DNA of 61,792 bases, the filler included, from Asterionella formosa (taxonomy: Eukaryota): assembly GCA_002256025.1 (NCBI GenBank). It is 23 parts of 23 records of this genome, joined end to end, with 100 filler letters (N's around TTAATTAATTAA, not from the genome) between each part and the next. Parts side by side here need not be neighbours in the genome. Positions count along the whole stretch, not along the records: positions 1 to 2,601 come from NKIB01015072.1; positions 2,702 to 5,305 come from NKIB01015074.1; positions 5,406 to 8,005 come from NKIB01015075.1; positions 8,106 to 10,704 come from NKIB01015076.1; positions 10,805 to 13,403 come from NKIB01015077.1; 18 more parts are not named here. The stretch is one strand, 5' to 3'. This document shows, one piece after another, positions 1 through 11,668 of the stretch. Within the stretch, counting starts at the first letter, position 1. Each line of letters begins with the position of its first letter. The notes beneath the pieces were generated by a model, which saw nothing but the letters and a program-made list of their open reading frames with translations, made no database searches and was not told the DNA's origin. The position numbers and the translations under genes are program-made.

Positions 1-570
1 TACAGAACTTAACCGAGCTCGATAGAAATCCTAAACATATAATAATAACTCTGCCTTCCGAGGGATTTCTAGTTAGTACAGCACCCGGAAGTATGGATAG
101 ATGGATCTGTTCGAAATCATCCACATGATGAGCTTTTCTGATGTCACACCTGTCACAACATTGATTCACTGATGTTCGTATTGATCGTTCTTCCTACCAC
201 TAATGATTTGTGTGATTTTCCTGGGAGAACGGCCGGAGACATTCCTCGTGGACTTCGAATTTTATCTACCGGTCCATGGAGCACAGGAAATCAAATATTC
301 ATGCATAGCTTAAACTAGTAAAGTTGCAAAGAACGGCATCATCGTCCTCCTTTCCTCTATTTCCGAGTTCCATTTGTCACGTTGACTGTGTGCGGCTGCT
401 ACCGTTTTCCCGTACAGTGACAAGCCAGCGTTCCGGTGAGCTGCTCCAGGTGCATCATGTCTTGTTCGCAGGTAGTCTCCTCAGAAAAGGTGATCAACGC
501 AGTGAGCGTTCATACTCTAGCAGTCAAAGGCGATGAACCAATACCTGACAAGTTCTTGCTTTCGGCTAGC

Positions 571-1272
571 ATGAAGCGTTCTCATCTGAAAGATGCAACG
601 GTAAGTTTAGAATTAAGTTGTAGGATTCGTACAATCTGTTTCTCGGACTTCTTTTTCCTAACTACCCGCAATCAAATCAATTCCAATGAGAAGTTGGTAT
701 CCATATCTGTCGACAAAGTTAAGGCGACCGCTACCGAAACTGACGTTGTGAAAGGCCGAACAGTATTAACGAGCCATGCAGGAAAATTAGGTACCATTGT
801 ACTTGCAGTCCGACGGCCTGGGTGCTTTTTTTGTCGCGAGCAAGCTCTTGCGTTGAGTGTGATTGATGCTCAACAAGATCTTGCGAAGGACTTTGGGATT
901 GTAGGGGTGGTGAAAGAGACAGTTGACCAACAAGGAGTTGTTGACTTTCTCGACAAATATTTTCCCTATCCACTCTATTGTGACAAGGCTTTTGCATTCT
1001 ATCAAGCTCTGGGAGACAGAAAGATTAGTGCAAGGCTTGTGTTGAACCCAAAGGCCATTGCAGGAATCATGTGCGAAACTTATCTTCGTATGACGTCGAC
1101 GGGCACATCAGCTGGGAATTTGAAGGGTGAGGGTTTCACATTAGGAGGGATTATTGTGTTCGATAATAACGCTAAGGCAATGTACGCATACGAAGAAGAA
1201 ACTGGTAAGGAATTTCCAGTCAAGGAATTTTTAGCCGTCGCGAATGCAATACGTCGTGAGAAAACGGCATAG
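571..1272 (+). CDS. Peroxiredoxin-like 2A (AhpC/TSA_2, FAM213A-type) thioredoxin-fold protein; probable intron 601-~690/693
   Basis: Family motif AVRRPGCFFCREQA (CxxC) and C-terminal GNLKGEGFTLGG. ATG at 571, GTAAGT donor at 601, CTAAC branch site near 658, in-frame AG acceptor at 690 or 693. Confidence 0.85.
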   Translation: MKRSHLKDATVSLELSCRIRTICFSDFFFLTTRNQINSNEKLVSISVDKVKATATETDVVKGRTVLTSHAGKLGTIVLAVRRPGCFFCREQALALSVIDAQQDLAKDFGIVGVVKETVDQQGVVDFLDKYFPYPLYCDKAFAFYQALGDRKISARLVLNPKAIAGIMCETYLRMTSTGTSAGNLKGEGFTLGGIIVFDNNAKAMYAYEEETGKEFPVKEFLAVANAIRREKTA

Positions 1273-1718
1273 ATACAAATGATCTTTTTTATGGGCCAAC
1301 CATCATGTCAATCATCGTACTTTTCAAACCAAGCTGAATGACTTATGCGTCAGTGAACCCCCTCCCCACGTAAGACTTGATCTGGTTGATTTTGAATAGC
1401 AGAATCACATCATCCTGGACCGCTCGCTACGCGCCCTGGGGGTACCGAGGCCAAGAGCACCCAAGAGGGAAGAAATGGAAGTTTTAACTTCACCAATACA
1501 CTACACAACTATGAAGACCCTCGATGTTGCGGCAACGTCGCCAGGATAGATCATCAGAAAACAAGAACATAAGGTGCCAGTACTAGAAGGGAAGTAGAAG
1601 GAAACATGAAACATTATTAAAAAATTCCAGACACAAAATCTATTCTTTCGCTGACAAATGAAGTCATCATTCCGCCCGCGTACGAACAATTACTGTGTAT
1701 GTGACGATATCGTTGCAT

Positions 1719-2508
1719 TTACTTGGTTTGGTTCTTGACCCCCTCAATACGAGCACGAATGGCATCTTGGTCTCCCAGGTAGCGTCCCTGAAGAGGGGCA
1801 ATGGCAGTAGCGCTAGGGATGACCTTGAGGTTCTCATCGAGTTCGTAAATAAGAGGGGTTCCTGTAGGAATATTGAGTTCGGAAATAGTTGCCTCATCGA
1901 TTCCGTCCAAATGCTTAACCAAGGCCCGCAAGGAATTCCCATGTGCAGCGACAAGGACAGTCTTACCAGCCTTCAACTGAGGGACGATCTCGTTTTCATA
2001 GTAAGGCACGACACGATCCAACGTTGTGGCAAGAGACTCGGTAAAATTTTCCGCGAACTCGAAACCAGCGTAACGAGGGTCATTCGCAGGGTGATGTTCG
2101 CTGGTCTTGTCAACAGTAGGTGGAGGAATATCATAGGAACGGCGCCACAACAATACTTGGTCCTTTCCATACTTATCAACAGTCGCCTGTTTGTCTAGTC
2201 CTTGAAGGGCACCATAGTGACGTTCATTGAGTTGCCATGTCTTTTGGATTGGAATCCACATGAGCTCTGTCTCTTCCAGAACGTGCCACAAAGTGCGAAT
2301 AGCTCTCTGTAGGAGAGATGTGTGTGCAACGTTCGCGATAATCCCTTCTTTCTTGATCAATCTTCCAGCTTCAATGACTTCTTCAGTACCCTTGGGAGAT
2401 AATGGGCAATCGTACCATCCTGTAAACTTGTTCTCCAAGTTCCAGGTGGACTCTCCGTGTCGCACTAGGACCAAGGTGTGCTTGTCAGCAGCTTGAAACG
2501 CAGCAAAG
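1719..2508 (-). CDS. gpmA: 2,3-bisphosphoglycerate-dependent phosphoglycerate mutase (dPGM), last exon; 5' part off contig
   Basis: Motifs LVRHGESTWN, LNERHYGALQG, WRRSYD, AAHGNSLRAL and LNIPTG. A TGTAG acceptor ends at 2509 on the minus strand. Confidence 0.95.
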
Positions 2509-2601
2509 CTACATAACGTTGGCAGTAATGATAATTGCAACCCAGAGTTTTGATGGTTACAAGAATGTGTCAGATCGTTGGGATACATAGACACAACACA
2601 A

Positions 2602-2701
2602 NNNNNNNNNNNNNNNNNNNNNNNNNNNNNNNNNNNNNNNNNNNNTTAATTAATTAANNNNNNNNNNNNNNNNNNNNNNNNNNNNNNNNNNNNNNNNNNN
2701 N
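2602..2701. other. Artificial contig linker (first of 22): N44-TTAATTAATTAA-N44
   Basis: The same 100-nt spacer, with stops in all six frames, recurs about every 2.69 kb (2602, 5306, 8006 ... 59113). ORFs ending in 'XXXLIN' are linker artefacts. Confidence 0.99.
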
Positions 2702-2781
2702 TATAAGGAAATCTACACTGGACTTTCACAAAAGAATCGATCTGAATATGAAAGGCAGGAATCCTAGTGGAATTGCTACTC

Positions 2782-3051
2782 CCACCACAAATATCATCTA
2801 CCCACACTCATACTTCTCATTTCCCAACGTAAGTGAAGAGGATATACATCAATATGTTGAATCACTTCAACCAAATGTTCCTGAAAGGAATATTGATTAT
2901 AATGACCGCATTAATCAACGGGACATTGATGACGATGTTGATTTTGAATGGATCTAATAGAATCCAATGCATACTTAGTAGTTACATAATAATTATAGTT
3001 AGTGTGAGACTTCTACAATGCAAGCCATATCATAGATGATAGGAAAACATT
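2782..3051 (+). repeat. Dispersed repeat (~270 bp), second copy at 53854-54125; carries the 3' end of an unknown ORF (...DDVDFEWI*)
   Basis: The two segments are near-identical by direct comparison. Both contigs also carry Plavaka-like transposase sequence. Confidence 0.9.
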
Positions 3052-4340
3052 TATTTTGCTCTATCCTGATGACTTCTTGAATGTCACTCTCCCATCTTGC
3101 AAAGCACTGCTTACATTCTTGGTGATCCAAGTCAATGTCACTTTGTACCATATGCATGCCATTGCTGATGAAATCTATGTCAACCCTCCTTGTCCCCAGC
3201 ATGGTCATCATGATGGCTTAACTTCAAATCACTTTACTTGTCATGGAGCTATCAGTTCATACAAACCTGGGTTTGGCACATTGGTCACATATGATGATTT
3301 ACCTGCTACCATGGTACTCAATTCAACTTGGAATAGGTTGCCTCCTTATGTTATGAATTCAATAGTACAGAAAATGGACGACTGCAAACTGAGCCTCTGC
3401 ATGATTTGCATTTACCAAATCAATGAAGTTGCCTACACCAAAAAAAAGATACTGACAATCACCACAATGTTCATCAATAGCATTCTGGATATTGCTACCT
3501 ACTTCCCATGTCACCACATGTCGTACCATACTAACATGTACCATGTCATACCCAATCTCCACTACTATCTATACCAATTTTTTTCTTGGTATCCACCATC
3601 TCTCATTGGGACATCTTCTTTGGTATAATCCAAATTGTTAGTGCAAATTCTACACTGGAAATGTTTAGGCATCCTATTGGCGAACTTATGATTTACAGAG
3701 TTGTCTTTGTTTTCCTGTATGAATCTCACTGGAAGGTTCATACCATGGCAGTTGTACCTCATGTAGATGATTGCTCAGCTCTTTGGATTGTTGGAAATCC
3801 TACTTTGATTGATATTGATGTTCACCTCCGTCTGCAAATAAAAACATCCATATTCCTATGATGCATCATAGGATTATGATCATCTGATCATAATTTTTCG
3901 TTATATCATCTAATAATTTTGATAAATGCCCTCGTAATTTAAATAGTAACCCTTTTGACTATGGAAATTTAATTATTATATGTATTGTTTCTTTTAGTTT
4001 CCTTTATTCAAATTTCTTGGTAGGATAATGTACCGGTTAGAGTAATGTTGTTTGGCTCATCATCCTCGCCAGTCCTCACTCTGATTCTTGCAACAACGAC
4101 AAAGCAGCCTTGTCGAGAGGAACGAATGTTTGTGATAAAATCTTCATTTGTCGTTCAAGTCATCATATGTCTTCGATGAATCATCATCTAGTACATTGCA
4201 CAGTATGTTCGTACTATGCAATCCGTTAAGAGCTTGAAAAGAAATCCAATGAAAACGAAATGGCTCATCACACAAGACGAATATTTAGTATGCGAAACTA
4301 TATTGTTACCAGTATCATTTATATTATTCTTATATATTTA

Positions 4341-5305
4341 TCAACGTTCGCTTGTTAGTTTTTGGTCCCATCCGATTGATTTCCATAAATTACGTGGAGG
4401 CATGGCAACATAAAAATTATCTTTCCGTATCTGTTTCAAAACTTCTTGCGGTTTCAGAGATTTCCTTGATTCCTGTGGTTTCAAAGCAGGAACAACAAAT
4501 GCTGCCGAAAGTATGTTATGAAATTCAACAACGCTCAATTCAGTTGTATCATTGCATAAGGTGTCTCCTCTTGCAAAAAACATACGTTTATGAATTTTCA
4601 TTTCAGTTGAACTTTTCAAGGAACAAATACACGCTAAAAGAATGATTGTTGAGTTGGAGAAAATAACATTTCCCCAAAGAAGAAGTTTTGCAGGAATTGT
4701 GTAGAAACTTGATCCATCTCCCTTTTCCCAGTTCACTTCGACCCAGTCAAACCATTCACGACCAGAGATTCCTGCCTTTGAATCATCATTCCATTTCGGA
4801 TGGCATCTGAAAATAGTAGTTTGGCTGGGAAAATTACTTTTAATTTTAACATGATAAAAAAAGTCAATCCTTACAATGGAAACAGGCCCAATCCCATCTT
4901 CAAGACTTTTGATTTTTGCTATTTCTATTGCTTAATTCGCAATGCTCTTTACGTAGTTGGCCCCCTTCGGTAAATCAGGATGAACCAATTGAGACAAGGG
5001 TGCATCCTTACTCCGTGATACATGCCCAATCTTATTAGGGACACCTGCTATAGTCCACTTTACGACGTTCACATCCAATATCAGGATTATCAGCATCCTC
5101 AGTTGAAACCAGGCAATCACGACAAACATATCGTCGATATAATCCATTACCACCCCTGAAGCCACAAATTTTATTGTGTTCTTCTGTATCACCAATGATC
5201 ATTCCAACTTGGAAATAAACTTTTGTCATACCAAGATCATGAACCCAAATATCGTATGACTTGTTTGGATCTTCGAAAGGCGACAATAGAAATCCTGTAA
5301 CAGAA
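4341..5305 (-). mobile_element. Plavaka-like DNA transposase relic with an internal deletion
   Basis: 5050-5305 encodes IIGDTEEHNKICG..CRDC, nearly identical to 55560-55820. It then jumps directly to C-terminal motifs IFRCHPKW..WFDWVEVNW..IPAKLL..AFVVP..PPRNLW. Stops and frameshifts are present. Confidence 0.7.
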
Positions 5306-5779
5306 NNNNNNNNNNNNNNNNNNNNNNNNNNNNNNNNNNNNNNNNNNNNTTAATTAATTAANNNNNNNNNNNNNNNNNNNNNNNNNNNNNNNNNNNNNNN
5401 NNNNNTAACTAGAAGTAGTAGTATTTGTTGAATATATGAGCTTATTTGTTAATCCTTGTGTGTAACTCGTTCTCCAAGTCGACACCAAAGTATACAATGA
5501 GGGTTAGTCGAGTTCTCTCATTATTGAGTTCTTATACATACATGATATAACACTAACCCTATATACATCTGTATTGATGCGCAAGATCGCTCACATGGGA
5601 CTTGCAGAAAATGAGAAATTTAGCCAATGTTTCTTTATAGTAAGAACTGTCTTCGAACGCAAATCCAATAGTATCGGGGATCGGGCGTACCAGGGTACCA
5701 GGTACCAGTATATATACAAGTAAAGGTAGCACTATTCCAACAAGGGCACTGTCAGTGTGCTCATGTTTCCAATTTGTAA

Positions 5780-7096
5780 CTACCTGGTATCGTTATAATG
5801 CTTCCCAATCAAAGTTGGAGTCTCTTTCAGTATCTCAAAAATAGTCGAAGTACCGTCTATACAGCTGTGCAATTTCTCTAGGAGTGTGGGATAAAACTGT
5901 TCTGCCAACCCCAGTCTTGCCAGTGCCACAGGATGGCGCTGCAAGACAAGATAAATAAATTTCCACGAGGCTTGATCTCGATTGTGCAGTATTTCTAGTG
6001 GGAAGTGACCGTTAACATCATGGATGGAAGCGCCCTTGGGGTATATTCGCAGCAAGGCATCCAAACGCTTCCACCAACCATCGGTGTTGCGTGCAAGTCG
6101 ACATGCAAGGTGAATGGGCAAACATTTGTCTTTAAGTTGACAAGCATAATGTGGATTCAAAGATAGGAGGCAAGGAAACAAAAGAGATAGGCAGTCTTCA
6201 TCATGTTCCATGCAAGTATGCAATACTGGATATGTAGATTTGCTATCATCCTGTGCTCCTAGCAAAACAAAGGCCTTGTGCAACCCTCGCCACAGTGACA
6301 AAGAGTTTTCAGGACGCCACAACCAAGACTTTTCAATACAGACTCGTCGTTCAGGGTTACAGAAATGCGTTGGATCGTCGAACGTTACTGGCGTTTTGGG
6401 AACAGGCTTTACGGAAAGAGCGGCCTGAAATAGTGTCTTGTAGGCACGGCCTAAGGCATCGAGTGTTGCCTTGACGAGCGATCTCGGCGTCGCTTCATAC
6501 AAAAGCATAAAGTCAGATTTGGAAATCCTGGAAGCTACATTGCAAGCTTGGATAACCGGTGTGTGACCCCATTTGTCACACGCCATAAGGGCAGTCTCTG
6601 AAATTGTTTGGCAAGAATTGCAAAGAATAGTTGATAAAACATCCTTTTGGTTGTCCCAATGAGGGTGAGCAATAATATGAAAAACGTTTCGCTGCGCACA
6701 ATCTTGCAAAGAAATAGATTCCGGGTCAGCAGCCACGAGGATATGAATAATCTCTGGAGACTTCTTCGTGAAGAGAGCATAATGTAAAGCAGATCGTAAA
6801 TCCCCAGTTAGGAGTCGTGTGGCACAAACATTGATGTCAACAAGTGCACGAAGGACTTGCGCAGGAGGGTCTTGTCTTGTCACAATTAAGTGGATAGGAG
6901 CGATACCCACAACATCGTATAGAAGACAGTCTTCTTCGCTAAATTCATCCAAGATCCCCGATTTCAGAAAGGGCTCGTTGTGTGTTTGTAGGAGGGCGTC
7001 TTCCGGATGATTGTGCAATCGTTCCAAAAAACCATCCCAGTTGGCCTTGTGCGCGTAGTGGTGTAACAGAGTCGGCGCTGCTAATCCCTCGACCAT
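5780..7096 (-). CDS. Ankyrin-repeat-like helical protein (diatom-type family)
   Basis: Complete 438-aa ORF with repeated ankyrin-like motifs: SALHYAL, GHTPVIQAC, LPIHLAC, YPKGA..D.NGHFPL. Confidence 0.7.
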   Translation of the reverse strand: MVEGLAAPTLLHHYAHKANWDGFLERLHNHPEDALLQTHNEPFLKSGILDEFSEEDCLLYDVVGIAPIHLIVTRQDPPAQVLRALVDINVCATRLLTGDLRSALHYALFTKKSPEIIHILVAADPESISLQDCAQRNVFHIIAHPHWDNQKDVLSTILCNSCQTISETALMACDKWGHTPVIQACNVASRISKSDFMLLYEATPRSLVKATLDALGRAYKTLFQAALSVKPVPKTPVTFDDPTHFCNPERRVCIEKSWLWRPENSLSLWRGLHKAFVLLGAQDDSKSTYPVLHTCMEHDEDCLSLLFPCLLSLNPHYACQLKDKCLPIHLACRLARNTDGWWKRLDALLRIYPKGASIHDVNGHFPLEILHNRDQASWKFIYLVLQRHPVALARLGLAEQFYPTLLEKLHSCIDGTSTIFEILKETPTLIGKHYNDTR

Positions 7097-7384
7097 CTTT
7101 AGAGCTTCTTGGGCTACAGATCAATTCCCTTGCACTGAACCAATAAAAGGCGACAGCACTTCAATCTTCATAATAATGCGAGAATAGGAAAAATCCTTGA
7201 CAGTTTAGCTTCAGAAGCCGAACCGAAAATACCAAAGAAATATATTGATTTTTGTCTTGTCGTTGTTTTGGCAATTATAGGTTGTACATACCAGGTACCA
7301 GTTCACCACTTTTACTTAGGAGTGTGTTCGTCTGCACCATGTCCTCGTTTGCTTTTAGCCTTGTTACGTACGTCTCACTAACAA

Positions 7385-7420
7385 GAATCAAGATTCCCTG
7401 GTCCCGCCTCAGTCATCATT
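7385..7420 (+). repeat. 36-bp dispersed motif with an inverted copy at 37302-37337; probable transposon terminus
   Basis: GAATCAAGATTCCCTGGTCCCGCCTCAGTCATCATT matches the reverse complement of 37302-37337 with 1 mismatch. Confidence 0.7.
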
Positions 7421-8105
7421 AAGAGCATCGCCACCGCATCGACCAAATACCAAGCCAATTGAAGTTGCGGGTCATTACACGTCATGATGCGTTGTTTTGG
7501 TCGAAAAAGCAAAAATATTTTAGCCACCGCATCGACCAAGACCAAATATGCTTTGGTCTTGATCGAGGATGACCCCCTTATCGACCAAATATCTGGTATT
7601 TGGTCGATTAGACTCCGACTGTAGCCAAATAAAAGGAGCATTTCTATTGGTTTAGATTGTGGTTCGCGCCGGCAACATAACGTCAACTGTTTCATTGATC
7701 CACAAACGCTTACAATACACATTTACCTTACTCTCTTGATGTAGACAAATAATAAACTTAAGTACAAAAACCTTTGAATAATACCGGCAGCTATCTATAA
7801 AATATTGTCCTTCGAGTCTTCGACGATCCCAGTAGGATATCGTCATCCATTGTTGTCAAAGCAGGATGCTACATGGGAAGGAGCAGCAGGAGCAGCAGGA
7901 GCAGCTGCCAACGAGGATGATTCATTGTCGGTTTCAGACAGAACCAAAGTTGGATTATTTTGGCGCTGTCAAGAGCAACAATCGATAGCGATATGCGAGT
8001 TTCGTNNNNNNNNNNNNNNNNNNNNNNNNNNNNNNNNNNNNNNNNNNNNTTAATTAATTAANNNNNNNNNNNNNNNNNNNNNNNNNNNNNNNNNNNNNNN
8101 NNNNN

Positions 8106-8465
8106 GAAAGTGGTATACCTTACATAGTGTTGGGGAAAATCTTTGGTTTTGTATTGCTTGGGCCTGAATTTGATTTTACTGATCCACGATTGTGTGCATC
8201 ACTCCGCAACGAAACAACTGGAATCTTTGCAATTGTGAACTCATGTAAGGATCCAAGTGAGAGTTTATTTAATAGCCGTCGTTCTAAAATGTTTGAGATA
8301 GCACACCTGATGGGTTATGAATCAGGAAAGAGAAAACAGCTCATGTTTGTTACAGTCGATTGTATTTCTGCTCCTGCTGTTGTTGTCCCTAATATTGGAG
8401 GAATACCTGGGTCGGTATTACAAGTTAAACCTCAGCATACTTGGCAATCTTTTTTCTCATTTTGA
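8106..8465 (+). mobile_element. 3' end of a Plavaka-like transposase
   Basis: GKIFGFV...FVTVDCISAPAVVVPNIGG..LQVKPQHTWQSFF has the same motif order as the C-terminus in contig 2 (PAKLLLW...VVEFHNILSAAFVVPAL..VAMPPRNLW). Confidence 0.55.
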
Positions 8466-8623
8466 GATTCTAGATATGCATGCACACAACACAGCATTAC
8501 TAGTTATTTCTTTTAATATACATATTAGCTACTGGTAGCTATATGTATGAACGTCATAACGTCAATACCCACATTAAATTTGTAGACTGTAATTTCTTCT
8601 GGATTCGTGCACCTTATTCAATC

Positions 8624-9103
8624 ATGAGTGCCTCCCGAACCCCCAACGCGTTGTCTGCTCGGAATGAAGATGAAGACCGATCTCTGCAGACGAGTGATCT
8701 CGTTTCCGTATGGAAGGGTAATTATTCTGGCGAAATTTGCCAGTTTGTGTGCTACACGAAGGCCAAAGCGTTGGTCAATGTGTACAACAGGGTCTCCAAT
8801 AAATCAGTTCTCGACCATGCCCGGAAGCCTTCCGAAATCAAGAAAATCGTTCCTTGAGACAATACTTCTCCTTTGTTACCTGAATACTTCGAATCAATTT
8901 TGGAGGATGAGGTCTGGATTAAGATCAAGATTGATCAGATTGCCGCACAGTTCGTTTCTTGTGGTCTAAATCACGAATCGCCCATTCTTCTCGATTATTT
9001 TCGTGATCGTCTGTATGCCGCACAACTTGAGTATACAGAAGTAAGCGACCGCGCATTAGCCGCGACTCTTGCTTCAGAAGAGCAGAATAGTATTAATAAT
9101 TAG
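8624..9103 (+). pseudogene. Small TE-associated ORF with a KOW-like motif, broken by one in-frame TGA (8855)
   Basis: ORFs 8543-8857 and 8873-9103 are in the same frame. DLVSVWKGNYSGEICQFV resembles a KOW motif. Confidence 0.4.
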
Positions 9104-9316
9104 TTGTCTTACTTCAAAATTGAATACCAATTCTTTGTTTGTAGTCAAAGAATATATTATATCGGTAAGTATAAAATATAACTCAATGCATTGAGTTACC
9201 GGTAATACATTTGCCCCATTTTACTGAATCCATTTCTTCTTAATAGTACCATAATAGCAGTGATATCTGTCATGTTGTAAATTATGTGACATATCATTAT
9301 GCAAAATAACTTACTG

Positions 9317-10310
9317 ATGAGCAACAATGGTGATCTCGAGCAGCCTACGTGCATCCCAACTTGGGAGAATGATCCCCATTCTTCCAGTCCCACTTCCTGA
9401 GAACACATATCGGGTTGTGGTTAAATGGAGACTTCGAGTACTGCTTGATCAGCATCGTGACCACACTCACCGTATTTTACTTCGTCATTTCCTACAAGGT
9501 CATGTCGAAGATACCGTGAATGCGGACCTTGATAGTTTATTGGACGTCATGTTTAGGAGACTGGAGTCAGTGAATTTTTCACCTTTCATTAAAAGAAGGG
9601 TGGAAAGAAGATTGGATGGCATGCACTTGTTATTGATCATAGCAATGTCAAGTTTGCTAGAAGCTTTGTTGATGAGGTTTGGCCTTCGAACCAATGTGAC
9701 CGCATTAAACATCTCAACATTTTCTTACCAAAAGTTGCAGACGCAATGAAAACTGTTCATTTGATTATTGATGATGATTTCATGCTACAGATTGAAGGAA
9801 AATATCTTCCAAGATATTTTTGTTGCATTTGTTTCTCCTCCCGGACCAATTTTTCGGAACAAAAGATTGTCCTTTTCTTGACCTGGGCTTTAAACAAATT
9901 TTGGGGCAACTCAGAAATGATGAGGCTACTAATTCACTCATCAAGAAAACATTCGGTTCTAAAACTATACTCTGTCGTGATTGCTATAGGCAAATGACAG
10001 GCAAGAATACATTACTTTCCAACAACATCGACATGTTTTGGAAAACTTTGTCTATGGTCATTCCCGGTTCTGTGCTGCAATCACTTGTAAATGACGCAAC
10101 ATATGTCAGGAAGAGTATGCCTCACACCTGTACATTTTTGCACACTGCTGTAAATCACTCTAATGTTCCTCAGGAGCCACATTTTGACTATCAGCATGCA
10201 TAATTGGTAGTCAATGACTTCGAAAAGTGCCTTCCTTGGGGATTGGATATGTCCCTAGGTGCTGATGGTTTCTCTATAAATGTCTGGGATGGCGAGTCTT
10301 TTGAGTCTAA
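9317..10310 (+). pseudogene. 2OG-Fe(II) dioxygenase-like gene, frameshifted and 3'-truncated; paralog of 56951-58140
   Basis: Motifs LPDQFFGTKDCPFL, PHTCTFL..PQEPHFDY (HxD) and PWGLDMSLGADGFSINVWD are collinear with the contig-22 copy. The distal His is absent. Confidence 0.6.
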
Positions 10311-11281
10311 CCTCATTTTAGATCTAAAAGGTAAATGACAAGCGGAATGAATGTTTGCGATAACGTCTTTAATTTGTTGGTCAAGTGATCTTTATATCTT
10401 CGAGTAATCGTCATGTGCAGTGAACCTTTGTTCATAATCAGCCATTCAATTAAGAGTTTACAGGAGAGAAGAAACCATTCGAACTCGTAATGTTTCCGCA
10501 CACAGCGCACAAAGATATCCGTTTCGTCCACTTCAGCATGATAATCTCGCCAATCAACCCGAAAACAAACACATTCTACTTGTTCTCGTTGACATTTTCA
10601 ATTCTCACATGATACTACATCTACTATTGAGATTCAGCATAGAAGGAGATACGAAAATGTGCGTAACAGACTACTGTCCACATAGCTATAGTTATAGAAT
10701 GATTNNNNNNNNNNNNNNNNNNNNNNNNNNNNNNNNNNNNNNNNNNNNTTAATTAATTAANNNNNNNNNNNNNNNNNNNNNNNNNNNNNNNNNNNNNNNN
10801 NNNNCAAGAGAGCGAAAGCGAGTGGCTCTTTTCATTGTTGTTTGCTCGTAGGAAGAATTTGATATCTGTATCGTCATTTGCTTGTTGGAATTGTCCGTTG
10901 CCTCAAACTTGCTTGGCGTGTGCGTGCACACACTGTCGACTTGTTTTCAATGGTATGTTGTTCTTGCATTCACTGTTGAACTTGTCCGTATCTTTGTTAC
11001 CATGAATAGAGCGACAAGTGGCAGACGGGGATACAACCTTCCTCGCTGCTTCCCAATTCAAATGGTACCACCAGAATGCAGCAAAGTTTTCTTCCCATTC
11101 ATGATCCTTGGGACTTTGTCAGGTTGTGGCGTTCTACCCCCTGCTCCATAACCACAGCCACCCTGTCGCGGGCCTTTGCAACGCACGATAATGGGTGATG
11201 CACCAAATTTTTCCGGTATAATAGAGGGGGGGGGNNNNNNNNNNCCCCCCCCCCCCCCCAGTGCTTTGACTTTCACAGTCT

Positions 11282-11404
11282 CTCTACAGAGCTGCAACAG
11301 AAAATAATAGGGAAAAACATAGTACCACCATAACCGTACATCGCAGCCTCTACAGAGCTGCGACAGAAAATAATAGGGAAAAACGTAGTACCACCATAAC
11401 CGTA
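11282..11404 (+). repeat. Two direct copies of a ~57-bp unit (period 66 bp)
   Basis: CTCTACAGAGCTGCRACAGAAAATAATAGGGAAAAACRTAGTACCACCATAACCGTA occurs twice, next to a poly-G/N/poly-C gap. Confidence 0.9.
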
Positions 11405-11668
11405 AGTGCTACTTAAAGGTGCTGATAAAAGATGTAGACGTACTACCTGATACCGGTAGTAACTCGTCAGCCTGGCTAATTATCGCGCCAGTTAAATTCA
11501 TAAAAGCAATATTATGATAACTACCGGGTAGGTATGCCGTGCATCAACACATCACGAGCATTGGATGTCTCCAATAGTACTTAGAAGTGCTGTCTCTAGT
11601 GGCAGATCACAATGATTTTGTTGTTTTAACAAACTACGTGTTAACTTAACTTTTGCTAAACAACAACC

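Noticed and set aside
601..693. Stop-free introns of length 3n (also 17251-17331, 38765-38848) as regulated intron retention
   Set aside because: Expected by chance for short introns, and there is no transcript evidence.
2646..2657. Regularly spaced TTAATTAATTAA repeats as a biological array
   Set aside because: They are artificial six-frame-stop linkers inside N runs.
5406..5552. Possible LTR 3' end (ending ...TATAACA)
   Set aside because: No second copy, PBS or PPT in the window to support it.
8855..8857. TGA read-through, selenocysteine or an alternative genetic code (also 57908)
   Set aside because: These occur only in decayed TE-associated sequence that also has frameshifts, and an intact host gene uses TGA as a normal stop (15713). 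CGA>TGA decay is the simpler explanation.
11225..11259. Poly-G/poly-C inverted structure
   Set aside because: It spans a 10-N scaffold gap and is likely a sequencing or scaffolding artefact.
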